Shown here in pieces: positions 1-8,282 of a stretch of DNA of 64,000 bases (its first letter is position 1; each line of letters opens with the position of its first letter). The DNA is from Thermaerobacter marianensis (lineage in GTDB: Bacteria > Bacillota > Sulfobacillia > DVGY01), in contig DYGY01000008.1 in NCBI GenBank assembly GCA_020724425.1, positions 4,151-68,150 of the forward strand, given 5' to 3'. Under the pieces are notes generated by a model, which made no database searches, was not told where the DNA came from, and saw only the letters and a list, made by a program, of their open reading frames with translations. The translations under genes and the position numbers were made by a program.

Positions 1-1
1 T

Positions 2-1084
2 AGGTTAGCTGGTTTTGAATTTAACATTAATTCAACACAGCAACTAGGAAAGGTTTTGTTTGAGGAATTGGATTTGCCGGTGACAAAGAAGACAAAGACA
101 GGCTATTCCACTGACAGTGAAGTGTTGGAGTCTTTGTTGGATAAACATCCGATTGTTGAGTTAATCTTAGAATATAGACAGCTTGTGAAGCTTAGATCCA
201 CCTATATTATTGGTCTGCAGGAGGTTGTTGATAAGGATAGTGGTAGGGTGCATACAACCTTTAAGCAGACAGTGACTGCTACCGGGAGGCTATCAAGCAC
301 TGAACCTAATTTACAGAATATTCCGGTACGAATGGAGCTGGGTAGACGTTTACGGAAGGTGTTTGTGGCGCCTGAAGGTCATCTTTTGTTGGCTGCAGAT
401 TATTCGCAGATTGAGTTAAGGCTTTTGGCGCATATTTCTCAGGATGAAAAGCTAATTAAGGCTTTTGCGGATGGGGAAGATATTCATACCCGTACGGCTG
501 CAGAGGTATTTGGTGTAGACTTAAATGAGGTCTCTGCTGAGATGCGTAGTGCAGCTAAAGCTGTTAATTTCGGGATTATCTATGGAATTAGTGATTATGG
601 TCTGGCTAGAGGTTTGCATATCGGTAGAGGTCAGGCTCAGGCATATATAGATAGTTATCTTGAGCGTTACCCAGGTGTTAGGAAGTATATGCAATCTGTT
701 GTTGCTAATGCTTATGAGGATGGTTATGTGCGTACCATGTTTCAGCGAATCAGGTATTTACCTGAGCTAAATAGTCGTATTTGGCATAGAAGGCAGTTTG
801 CAGAAAGAACAGCGTTAAATACTCCTATACAGGGATCAGCTGCTGACATCATTAAATTAGCAATGATTAGAGTGTTTCAACGCTTGCAGCAGGAGAAGTT
901 GGATAGCAAGCTGCTTTTGCAGGTGCATGATGAGTTGATCCTCGAGGTAGCAGACAATGAGGTTAGGGTTGTAACAGAGATTCTTAAACAGGAGATGGAG
1001 GAAGTTGTTGCTTTAAGTGTGCCTCTTGAGGTAGATATTAAGGTTGGTCCAAATTGGTATGAGATGGTGAAGATTGATGCCTGA
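2..1084 (+). CDS. polA: DNA polymerase I, C-terminal polymerase domain (5'-truncated by window edge)
   Basis: Family A motifs TGRLSSTEPNLQNIP, ADYSQIELR, AKAVNFGIIYG, LQVHDEL; frame is open from position 2. Confidence 0.98.
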   Translation, partial: RLAGFEFNINSTQQLGKVLFEELDLPVTKKTKTGYSTDSEVLESLLDKHPIVELILEYRQLVKLRSTYIIGLQEVVDKDSGRVHTTFKQTVTATGRLSSTEPNLQNIPVRMELGRRLRKVFVAPEGHLLLAADYSQIELRLLAHISQDEKLIKAFADGEDIHTRTAAEVFGVDLNEVSAEMRSAAKAVNFGIIYGISDYGLARGLHIGRGQAQAYIDSYLERYPGVRKYMQSVVANAYEDGYVRTMFQRIRYLPELNSRIWHRRQFAERTALNTPIQGSAADIIKLAMIRVFQRLQQEKLDSKLLLQVHDELILEVADNEVRVVTEILKQEMEEVVALSVPLEVDIKVGPNWYEMVKIDA

Positions 1085-1880
1085 GTTACCTGAGGTTGAG
1101 ACAATTAGGAGAGATCTCTTAAAGGCTTTAAAGGATGAGGAGATTAAAGCTATAGGGGTGTATGATCTAAAGGCTCTGGAGGGTATATCTCAAGATGAGG
1201 CCAGCCACTTATGGCAAGGCAAAAGAATTACTGATATAAAGAGAAGGGGTAAGTATCTACTGTTTGAGCTTTTGGAGGGGTCTTTTGTTGTTCATCTGCG
1301 GATGACTGGGAAGCTCTTGGTGGTTCCTTTAGAGTCTGAGGTAAGGTATCAGAGGGTAAGGTTTGTTTTTTCTGATAAGGCGTTAGTCTTTGCTGATGTG
1401 CGTAGATTTGGCAGAATCTATGCTTTAGGGCTGTCTGCTTTAGACAGGTTAGGACCTGAGCCTTTAGAGGAAGAGTTTACAGCCCAATATTTAGAGAGTA
1501 TTTTGCAGAAGAGTGGTAGACCAATTAAGACTTTCTTGCTGGATCAAAATAATGTGGCCGGGTTGGGTAATATCTATGTTGATGAGGCATTGTTTATGGC
1601 TAAGATTCATCCTTTAAGACCAGCTAAGAGTCTTAGAACTGGTGAAGTTAAGGAACTGGTAGATGCTATTAAGATTGTGCTTGATAGGGCTATTAGTTTA
1701 AGAGGTACATCCTTTTCTGACTATAGGGATGGATTTGATAAAAAGGGTAGCTTTCAGGAGCATCTAAGTGTTTATGGTAGAGCAGGAGAACCCTGTATAA
1801 GGTGTGGCAGGGTTCTAGAGAAGATTAGAGTTGGTGGTAGAAGTACTGTGTTCTGTTATTCTTGTCAGAAGGGTGATTAA
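1077..1880 (+). CDS. mutM: Formamidopyrimidine-DNA glycosylase (Fpg)
   Basis: N-terminal MPELPEVE, HLRMTG, GLGNIYVDE and C-terminal CxxC...CxxCQ zinc finger; follows polA. Confidence 0.97.
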   Translation: MPELPEVETIRRDLLKALKDEEIKAIGVYDLKALEGISQDEASHLWQGKRITDIKRRGKYLLFELLEGSFVVHLRMTGKLLVVPLESEVRYQRVRFVFSDKALVFADVRRFGRIYALGLSALDRLGPEPLEEEFTAQYLESILQKSGRPIKTFLLDQNNVAGLGNIYVDEALFMAKIHPLRPAKSLRTGEVKELVDAIKIVLDRAISLRGTSFSDYRDGFDKKGSFQEHLSVYGRAGEPCIRCGRVLEKIRVGGRSTVFCYSCQKGD

Positions 1881-2226
1881 GATAAAGGTTAAGCGAGCTG
1901 TTTCTGTAACAGGGAAGGAAATGATTAGAAGGGTATATTGGGCAGATAGCTTCTGGCTAAGGTTAAGGGGTCTTATAGGCAGGGAGCTAGGAGATGATGA
2001 GGCTCTAGTGTTGATACCTTCTAAGAGTGTTCATTCGGTAGGGATGGCTTATGCTTTAGATCTAGTATACTTAGATAAAGACTTTCGGGTAATTAAGATT
2101 GAGAGAGGTTTTAAGCCTTTTCGTTTGGGAAAAATAGCGAAGGAAGCTCTAGCGATTCTTGAGTTAAGGGCTGGAATGGCTAAAGATATCAGTGTTAACG
2201 ATAAAATCATTTTTTTACCAGAGTAG
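1873..2226 (+). CDS. DUF192-family protein
   Basis: ADSFWLRLRGLIGR, SVHSVGMAYALDLVYLD and LELRAG motifs; GTG start overlapping the mutM stop (ATG 1921 is an alternative). Confidence 0.75.
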   Translation: MIKIKVKRAVSVTGKEMIRRVYWADSFWLRLRGLIGRELGDDEALVLIPSKSVHSVGMAYALDLVYLDKDFRVIKIERGFKPFRLGKIAKEALAILELRAGMAKDISVNDKIIFLPE

Positions 2227-2307
2227 ACTTGTTTATAAGCTAATGTGGTATAATAGAAATGGCCAGGTCATCTGGCCATTTCATTATGTATATGTGGGAG
2301 GAAGGGT

Positions 2308-2508
2308 ATGTTTACCTTTGCATTAGAGTTTGAAGAAAAAAATGAAGTTGATAAGGTTATTAAGAAGCTTAAATCACAGTATGGTGTAACAGGTGAGTTA
2401 CATGTTCAACCTGTTGATAATGGTAAGTGGCGTTTGACTGTCTATTCTGAGAAGAATCTTAGGGAGACAACTATTGAGAAGCTTGGTCAGGTTATTGAAC
2501 TTGCATAA
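2308..2508 (+). CDS. Small hypothetical protein (66 aa)
   Basis: Good RBS (GGGAGG), upstream extended -10 TGTGGTATAAT, sits directly before coaE. Confidence 0.7.
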   Translation: MFTFALEFEEKNEVDKVIKKLKSQYGVTGELHVQPVDNGKWRLTVYSEKNLRETTIEKLGQVIELA

Positions 2509-2523
2509 GAGAAGGTGTTTACT

Positions 2524-3108
2524 GTGTTAGTTATTGGCCTTACCGGCGGAATAGGCACTGGCAAGAGTGAGGTAGGGAGAATTCTTACTGGTTTAGGTGC
2601 CTATGTCATTGATACTGATGTGCTGGCAAGAGAGGTTGTTATGCCAGGTAGGCCAGCGTTAAATGAGATTGCTTTAGCTTTTGGTGAGGAATATTTACAT
2701 GCCGGTGAGCTTGACAGGAAGAGGTTAGCTGATCTGGTCTTTAAGGATTCTCTGGCATTAAAGAAGCTTAATGCGATTGTTCACCCACAAGTGGTTGAAG
2801 AAACCACTAAGAGAATAGCTGAGTCAGGAGCAAGTGTGGTGGTAGTTGAAGTACCACTGCTAATTGAGTCAGGTATGATTAGTATGGTTAATCAGGTCTG
2901 GGTGGTTGTTTCTGAATATGAGCTAAGAATTAAGAGAATCATGGCAAGGAGTTCTTTGAATAGGGAGGAAGCTATTAGTCGTATTGCTTCTCAGCTTGGG
3001 CAGGAGGAGTATGTCGCCCATGCGGATGTAATTATTGATAATAGTGGGACCCTTACCGAGTTGGAAGAACAGGTAAAGGCCAGATGGGAGGAACTTGTCA
3101 GGTATTAG
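2524..3108 (+). CDS. coaE: Dephospho-CoA kinase
   Basis: IGLTGGIGTGKS P-loop, LNAIVHP, VEVPLLIE, IIDNSG motifs. Confidence 0.97.
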   Translation: MLVIGLTGGIGTGKSEVGRILTGLGAYVIDTDVLAREVVMPGRPALNEIALAFGEEYLHAGELDRKRLADLVFKDSLALKKLNAIVHPQVVEETTKRIAESGASVVVVEVPLLIESGMISMVNQVWVVVSEYELRIKRIMARSSLNREEAISRIASQLGQEEYVAHADVIIDNSGTLTELEEQVKARWEELVRY

Positions 3109-3115
3109 GTGAGGG

Positions 3116-3700
3116 GTGAACATTTTGTTTTTTGTTGGGCGATTGGTTTATTGGCTGATAAAAAAGCTTATTCGTTTGGGTTTGCTTCTACTGGTGCTAT
3201 ATTTTGTGGCCATGTTTATATTGCAGTTAGTTTTTCCACTTCATTATAGGGAAATTGTAGATCATTATGCTAAAGAATATGAACTACCTCCGGAGTTAGT
3301 TATGGCAGTGATTCGTGTGGAAAGTAAGTTTGATCCCACAATTACTTCGCAAAAGGGTGCTAGGGGTTTGATGCAAATTATGCCGAGCACCGGAGAGTGG
3401 ATTGCTGAGAAACTTGATTACAAGGATTTTCATGAGGATGATCTGTTTATCCCTGAGGTAAATATAGAGTTTGGAACTTGGTACTTGGCTCATCTATATT
3501 ATGATGAGTTTGATGGTAATCTTGCTGCAACCATTGCTGCGTATAACGGTGGGAGAGGTAATGTCCGCCAGTGGTTAGAGAGTGGTAAATGGTCTGGTGA
3601 ATTTGAAGATGTTTCTAATATCCCTTACAAAGAGACAAGAGAGTTTGTGGGGAAGGTAATGAATGATTATCGGGTTTATCAATGGCTATATTGGAGATAG
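3116..3700 (+). CDS. Membrane-anchored lytic transglycosylase (SLT domain)
   Basis: AVIRVESKF, GARGLMQIMP, AAYNGG, ETREFV motifs; N-terminal TM helix; typical position after coaE. Confidence 0.93.
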   Translation: MNILFFVGRLVYWLIKKLIRLGLLLLVLYFVAMFILQLVFPLHYREIVDHYAKEYELPPELVMAVIRVESKFDPTITSQKGARGLMQIMPSTGEWIAEKLDYKDFHEDDLFIPEVNIEFGTWYLAHLYYDEFDGNLAATIAAYNGGRGNVRQWLESGKWSGEFEDVSNIPYKETREFVGKVMNDYRVYQWLYWR

Positions 3701-3717
3701 GTTTGAGGTGAGTTCTG

Positions 3718-3951
3718 TTGTGGGGGACTAGAAAGTATTATTTAGAAAAATTTGTTCAAGAGGGTAAGGAGAAGAGAGAAAAAGAGGGTTTTGAACCTGA
3801 AGAGGAAGAGGTTCCACCACCTACTTGGAAGGATTTCTTAGCTTTCATGATTGCAGCTTATCAGGTTGTTTTACCTATGGTTTTTATTACTATGGGTGCT
3901 TTGATAGGTGGCTTTCTGGTGGTCTGGTGGATTCTAAACCGCATTCCCTAG
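3718..3951 (+). CDS. Small hypothetical membrane protein
   Basis: RBS GAGGTGA; charged N-terminus followed by a hydrophobic C-terminal half. Confidence 0.65.
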   Translation: MWGTRKYYLEKFVQEGKEKREKEGFEPEEEEVPPPTWKDFLAFMIAAYQVVLPMVFITMGALIGGFLVVWWILNRIP

Positions 3952-3994
3952 GTATTGAATTGTTGATTTTTTTATGTTAATATAACTAGTGCTT

Positions 3995-4078
3995 GCCGAA
4001 GTGGTGGAACTGGCAGACACGCGGTGTTCAGGGCGCCGTGAGCCTACGCTCGTGTGGGTTCAAATCCCACCTTCGGCA
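3995..4078 (+). tRNA. tRNA-Leu (anticodon CAG); CCA not encoded
   Basis: Acceptor GCCGAAG/CTTCGGC, anticodon stem CGGTG/CGCCG with loop TTCAGGG, long variable arm, T arm GTGGG-TTCAAAT-CCCAC. Confidence 0.96.
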
Positions 4079-4084
4079 CAAAGG

Positions 4085-4110
4085 CCTAAGACTATGTCTT
4101 AGGTTTTTTT
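4085..4110 (+). terminator. Rho-independent terminator after tRNA-Leu(CAG)
   Basis: CCTAAGAC-TAT-GTCTTAGG followed by a T7 tract. Confidence 0.85.
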
Positions 4111-4380
4111 GTTTGGGAAAGTAAAAAGGCTAGACCATTTGAGATCTAGCCCCTTAGAGATGGGATGGAAAAGTGTGGCTTGGTAGTTTTAAACTAAAAA
4201 TCTTTAAAATAATGCAGAATATCGTATTCTACATAAGTTTTTTGTTGGTTTTCCAAGCTATTGGATATAGTGTAACAGAGCATTTGCTCTTTGTCAAACA
4301 TGAATTTGCATTTTTTGCGGATTCAGAGGAAATTAGTTTGAGATTTAAGGGAAAAGGGGCAGTATTACTGACCCTTTTCC

Positions 4381-4578
4381 TCAAGATATCTCCGGTTTGG
4401 GTAGAAGATAAAGTAGGGCCCCAGTGAGTAGCATTACCAGCCCCATGACATTGATAATTTGCTCTACTAATTGGGACTTATCGGTGAGGAGAGAGGCAAC
4501 AATCTTAAGGATTATTAGCGTAAGAATTGTTAGTCCTACAATGCGATGAGTAATTCTTGTTATCTTTGATAGATTCAT
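4381..4578 (-). CDS. Small two-TM hypothetical protein (65 aa)
   Basis: RBS AAAGGGGTG before ATG at 4578; two hydrophobic segments. Confidence 0.6.
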   Translation of the reverse strand: MNLSKITRITHRIVGLTILTLIILKIVASLLTDKSQLVEQIINVMGLVMLLTGALLYLLPKPEIS

Positions 4579-4938
4579 AGTGTTCACCCCTTTGACTTCT
4601 AAGTGTATACTTCTATGATTAGAATGCAAGGGGTGTCTGTAAAAATCGGTCTGAAGCCCTAGATTAGAATAGTACGCTTGTGGCAGGGGTATAAGCTCAG
4701 GAAGAGTTAGATGTTAGTATTCTAACTATTACATAGGACTACATGGTATTAGACAGGCATAAGTATATTGTTGAGAGTTATTCCAATTTAACTTTAGTTA
4801 AATATATTTTCAAGAAAATTATCAGCGAATTTTTTTCTGGTTGATGTAAATGTAATTACGAGCCTAGAAATATGTGATAACTTTCATAGTAGAGGGACTT
4901 CTTTGCTAGTTGAAAAAACCTATGTGGAGGTGTTATTT

Positions 4939-4962
4939 GTGCCACCAGGCTTGGAAGGTTGA
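4939..4962 (+). CDS. Putative leader peptide MPPGLEG (uORF, copy 1)
   Basis: RBS GGAGGTG then GTG CCA CCA GGC TTG GAA GGT TGA; paralogous uORF at 6585-6608. Confidence 0.55.
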   Translation: MPPGLEG

Positions 4963-5011
4963 CTTGAGGCCTTGGGGTTTTATTTAAACTAGGTAAAGGG
5001 GGATTTAGAGC

Positions 5012-5740
5012 ATGGCAAAGGATGCTACTGCTTATGTCAGAGGGTTAATTGTGGTTCTGATGGCTACGGTAGCTGTATTCAGTATCATGGGAGGCGTTGG
5101 TACTGTATGTGTGGCTTGGAGTGCAGCGAGCTGGCCTCCATTTAGAGCTCTAGCCGAATATTCAGCTTTTTATAAGGCTACGGTATTCATTAATTTAGGT
5201 GTTGGTTTTGCTGCTGCAATTATCACTTATGCTTTTATTCGGGCTGAGAAGTGGGCTTATAAGGCTGCTATCTGGACTCTAGCGATTGGTGCGGGCTCTG
5301 GTCTAATCAAGATGTATGTCTCTAATATGTTAAGAGGGGCTACTTCTCCGACTGAAGTCAGGGTCTATGTTACTATCGCGGTTTTAGTTATCATGTTGAT
5401 AATTCGCTTGCCATTTATCTGGAACAAGATTGATCTTACTCGTTCCGATGGCAAATCAGGTTCCTATGGTATTCCTACAGGGATGGCATGTATGGCTGCT
5501 GGATTAGGTTTATTGGGTACGCCGTATATTGCAGGTCCTTCTCACACCTATGATGGTGTTAATTATGTCAATTATCTGTTGCCAGAGCTATATATCATTG
5601 GTGGTATATTCTTAGGTGTTGGTGTAGGTCTATTAACGTTAGTGAAGCTTGGAGTTAATATTGATGGCTGGGTAGCTAATCTTGGTAAGAGTCTGTATAA
5701 ATGGCTTGTACCGTCAGCCAGGGCAGAGGAGGTCAAATAA
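5012..5740 (+). CDS. Multi-TM membrane protein of unknown function (cassette gene A, copy 1)
   Basis: About 6 hydrophobic segments; motifs GVGTVCxAW, WPPFRA, IPTGMAC, GPSHTxDGVNYVNYL shared with 6654-7388. Confidence 0.9.
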   Translation: MAKDATAYVRGLIVVLMATVAVFSIMGGVGTVCVAWSAASWPPFRALAEYSAFYKATVFINLGVGFAAAIITYAFIRAEKWAYKAAIWTLAIGAGSGLIKMYVSNMLRGATSPTEVRVYVTIAVLVIMLIIRLPFIWNKIDLTRSDGKSGSYGIPTGMACMAAGLGLLGTPYIAGPSHTYDGVNYVNYLLPELYIIGGIFLGVGVGLLTLVKLGVNIDGWVANLGKSLYKWLVPSARAEEVK

Positions 5741-6394
5741 ATGGCTTTCCTAAAATATATGGATAGTATGTCGATTGCGATGGCGTTTGTTTTGCTAATT
5801 CTGATGTTTAATAGAATCAGTAGGCCGGGGAAAATGCAGCATTCCTTATGGTTTGCCGGGGCAGTTGCCTTAGCTACTGTTGTATTATTGGGAACTAGAG
5901 ATGTGGCTTTGGCGGTTAATTCTCATTATACTGCTATGGCGTTAATGGCTGTGGTTTTGATGGCATCTGGTTTTACAGCTGTTGCTGACAAAGAAGGTAA
6001 GTGGTCACCGTATTTCTCTTTGACCTTGGTGTTAGCTGCACTGGTATATGCTTTGATAAGTCATTACCGGGAATCTGTTACGGGTCAGGTTCTTGCAGAT
6101 CCAGTATTCTTAGTTGTGGCAGGTATTGCTCTTCTTATCTTGGTGTTGGTACCTGCATGGTTGTTCTTTACCGGTAAAGCGAACTATCATGCACTGGCAA
6201 TTTCGGTTGGCTGGATACTCGTTACTGTTGCTAGTTGGTACCAGTGGTCGGCAGCTACTGAAAGGATTGTTATGGAGGCCGATGCCTTAAGTTCTACTGT
6301 TTTCACCATATTGTTTATTGGTATGGTTTCGATTATTGCGGGGTTCTCTTTAACGGGATGGTTAGATGATGATAAGCAATCTGTAAGTGGTTAG
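5741..6394 (+). CDS. Multi-TM membrane protein of unknown function (cassette gene B, copy 1)
   Basis: Abuts gene A; KMQHxLWFAG, DKEGK, WYQWSAATER shared with 7389-8033. Confidence 0.9.
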   Translation: MAFLKYMDSMSIAMAFVLLILMFNRISRPGKMQHSLWFAGAVALATVVLLGTRDVALAVNSHYTAMALMAVVLMASGFTAVADKEGKWSPYFSLTLVLAALVYALISHYRESVTGQVLADPVFLVVAGIALLILVLVPAWLFFTGKANYHALAISVGWILVTVASWYQWSAATERIVMEADALSSTVFTILFIGMVSIIAGFSLTGWLDDDKQSVSG

Positions 6395-6406
6395 AGTAAG
6401 ATTAGG

Positions 6407-6441
6407 AAATAAGAGGAGCCGAAATATGGCTCCTCTTATTT
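6407..6441 (+). terminator. Stem-loop terminator after cassette copy 1
   Basis: Perfect 14-bp inverted repeat AAATAAGAGGAGCC/GGCTCCTCTTATTT. Confidence 0.8.
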
Positions 6442-6584
6442 GTCTTTGGTTCAATTGGGTGTCATATTGATAGTGTTTTTCATTAATAGATAATTGTGTA
6501 AGCGCAATTACTTAGCTGGTAGTGTATGATAATTTCGATAGTAGAAAGACTTCTTTTCTAATAGCCTTGTTGGAGGTGTTGACA

Positions 6585-6608
6585 ATGCCACCAGGATCAC
6601 AGGGTTGA
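6585..6608 (+). CDS. Putative leader peptide MPPGSQG (uORF, copy 2)
   Basis: RBS GGAGGTG then ATG CCA CCA GGA TCA CAG GGT TGA; same length and stop as copy 1. Confidence 0.55.
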   Translation: MPPGSQG

Positions 6609-6653
6609 TGTTGTGGCGTTGATGAAAACTACGAAAAGGAGGATTTAAAGCGC

Positions 6654-7388
6654 ATGAAAAAGGATATGACTGCCTATGTTAGGGGTATAATCGTGATCAC
6701 CATGGCTATGGTTGCGGTTTTTAGTATCCTAGCAGGTGTAGGTACAGTCTGTATTGCTTGGGGAGCAGCTAACTGGCCACCATTCCGGGCTTTTGTTCCG
6801 TATCAAGGTATTTATCAAACCATTACGATTATTACCTTGATGGTTGGTTTTGCAGCAACTGTTATTGCTTATGCGTTTGTTCGTGGCGAAAAGTGGGCTT
6901 TTAATGCAGCCATTGTAGCTATTCTCATTGGTCTTGTTTCCGGTGGAGTTCATATGTACTATTCTGATATGATTAGAGGCAGTACTACTCCGGCGAATCT
7001 ACGCGTTTATGTTGATATTATTGCACTTGTGGTCTTGTTTATTATCAGGATGCCGTTTGTCTGGAATAAGATTGATCTGACTAAGCCTTTAGGCAAGAAT
7101 GGTTCCTACACTATTCCTACGGGAATGGCTTGTGTGGCAGCAGGACTTGGTATGCTTTCCACTCCATTCTATGCTGGTCCTTCCCATACTTTTGATGGTG
7201 TTAACTATGTAAATTATCTGATGACTGAGTTGCTGGTTATTGGTGGAGTGTTGGTTGGCTTTGGAGCTATTCTCTTGGTCTTGGCTAAGATGAAAGTTCC
7301 GGTTGATCAATGGGTTGTTTCTTTGTTTAAGAGGGCAGCTGGTTTGTTTGGTTTTTCCTTTAAAGCTAAAGCAGAGGAGGGCAAATAG
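6654..7388 (+). CDS. Multi-TM membrane protein of unknown function (cassette gene A, copy 2)
   Basis: Paralog of 5012-5740 over its full length. Confidence 0.9.
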   Translation: MKKDMTAYVRGIIVITMAMVAVFSILAGVGTVCIAWGAANWPPFRAFVPYQGIYQTITIITLMVGFAATVIAYAFVRGEKWAFNAAIVAILIGLVSGGVHMYYSDMIRGSTTPANLRVYVDIIALVVLFIIRMPFVWNKIDLTKPLGKNGSYTIPTGMACVAAGLGMLSTPFYAGPSHTFDGVNYVNYLMTELLVIGGVLVGFGAILLVLAKMKVPVDQWVVSLFKRAAGLFGFSFKAKAEEGK

Positions 7389-8033
7389 ATGGCATTCCTA
7401 CAGTATATGGATAGTTTGTCTATTGGTGTTGCTTTAGTCCTGATGATTGTTACTTTGTGGCGTATAACTCAGGTTAACAAGATGCAGCATACTCTTTGGT
7501 TTGCAGGCTCTGTTTCCTTGATGTTTGTTGTAGCGGTTAGTACTAGAGATGTGTCCTTAGCAGTTAACCCTTATATTCAGGGAATTATTGCTTTTAGCCT
7601 AGGCTTATTAGCAGCAGGGTATTTAACTGCATTGGATAAAGAAGGGAAATATGCTCAATATTTCACTATCTATATCTTAACAGCAGCACTGGTGTTTTCG
7701 ATGGCAATGCATTATGTGGGCTCAGTGACTGGTGATGTACTTGGTACACCATTGTTTCTTTTATCCATTGGTTTGAGTCTTGTGGTTCTTGTTCTAGCTC
7801 CGCTGGCAATGATGTCAGCTGCAGGATTTCATGCTATCTGGGCAGCAGTTGGTTGGGTTTTAATTACTATTGCTGGATGGTATCAATGGTCCGCGGCGAC
7901 AGAAAGATTAGTTTTGGAAGGGGATTCTCTAAGTTCAATTGTATTTACTTTGTTAACAATTGGTTTAATCTTGATATTAGTATCTTTTGCAAATACCAAG
8001 TGGCTTGCTGAAGATGCTGATATGGCAGCGTAA
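7389..8033 (+). CDS. Multi-TM membrane protein of unknown function (cassette gene B, copy 2)
   Basis: Paralog of 5741-6394 over its full length. Confidence 0.9.
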   Translation: MAFLQYMDSLSIGVALVLMIVTLWRITQVNKMQHTLWFAGSVSLMFVVAVSTRDVSLAVNPYIQGIIAFSLGLLAAGYLTALDKEGKYAQYFTIYILTAALVFSMAMHYVGSVTGDVLGTPLFLLSIGLSLVVLVLAPLAMMSAAGFHAIWAAVGWVLITIAGWYQWSAATERLVLEGDSLSSIVFTLLTIGLILILVSFANTKWLAEDADMAA

Positions 8034-8042
8034 GAGTTATTT

Positions 8043-8069
8043 GGGAGCCATTTCTGGCTCCTTTTTTTT
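8043..8069 (+). terminator. Rho-independent terminator after cassette copy 2
   Basis: GGAGCCA-TTTC-TGGCTCC followed by T8; same GGAGCC/GGCTCC core as the copy 1 terminator. Confidence 0.85.
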
Positions 8070-8070
8070 A

Positions 8071-8098
8071 TTGACTCTGATAATTTATGTGGTATAAT
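8071..8098 (+). promoter_or_regulatory. Sigma-A promoter of tRNA-Leu(GAG)
   Basis: TTGACT-N16-TATAAT with an extended TG motif. Confidence 0.7.
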
Positions 8099-8120
8099 AG
8101 GATTTGCTTGAAAATTATAT

Positions 8121-8205
8121 GCGAGAGTGCTGGAACTGGCAGACAGGCACGTTTGAGGGGCGTGTGGCAACAGCCGTGCGGGTTCAAGTCCCGCCTCTCG
8201 CACCA
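8121..8205 (+). tRNA. tRNA-Leu (anticodon GAG), CCA encoded
   Basis: Acceptor GCGAGAG/CTCTCGC, anticodon stem CACGT/GCGTG with loop TTGAGGG, variable arm, T arm GCGGG-TTCAAGT-CCCGC, ACCA end. Confidence 0.96.
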
Positions 8206-8282
8206 GGGAAATCCGGGGTTATACCTGGATTTTTTTATTTTAAATTACATATGTTTTAAAAACCGAAAGGGAGGGTTTACCG

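Noticed and set aside
4173-4427. 84-aa + strand ORF
   Set aside because: No clear RBS or motif and it overlaps the better supported minus-strand ORF
4806-4820. CodY-like box TTTTTCAAGAAAATT
   Set aside because: About four mismatches to consensus in AT-rich DNA; not distinguishable from chance
4880-5011. Known riboswitch (fluoride, c-di-GMP, T-box) in the cassette leader
   Set aside because: I could not match the consensus motifs by eye; an Rfam scan is needed to exclude this fully
6585-6656. Selenocysteine read-through: the copy 2 uORF TGA is in frame with gene A (MPPGSQG-U-CCG...)
   Set aside because: Copy 1 is out of frame (73 nt offset), gene A has its own RBS, and no convincing SECIS hairpin follows the TGA
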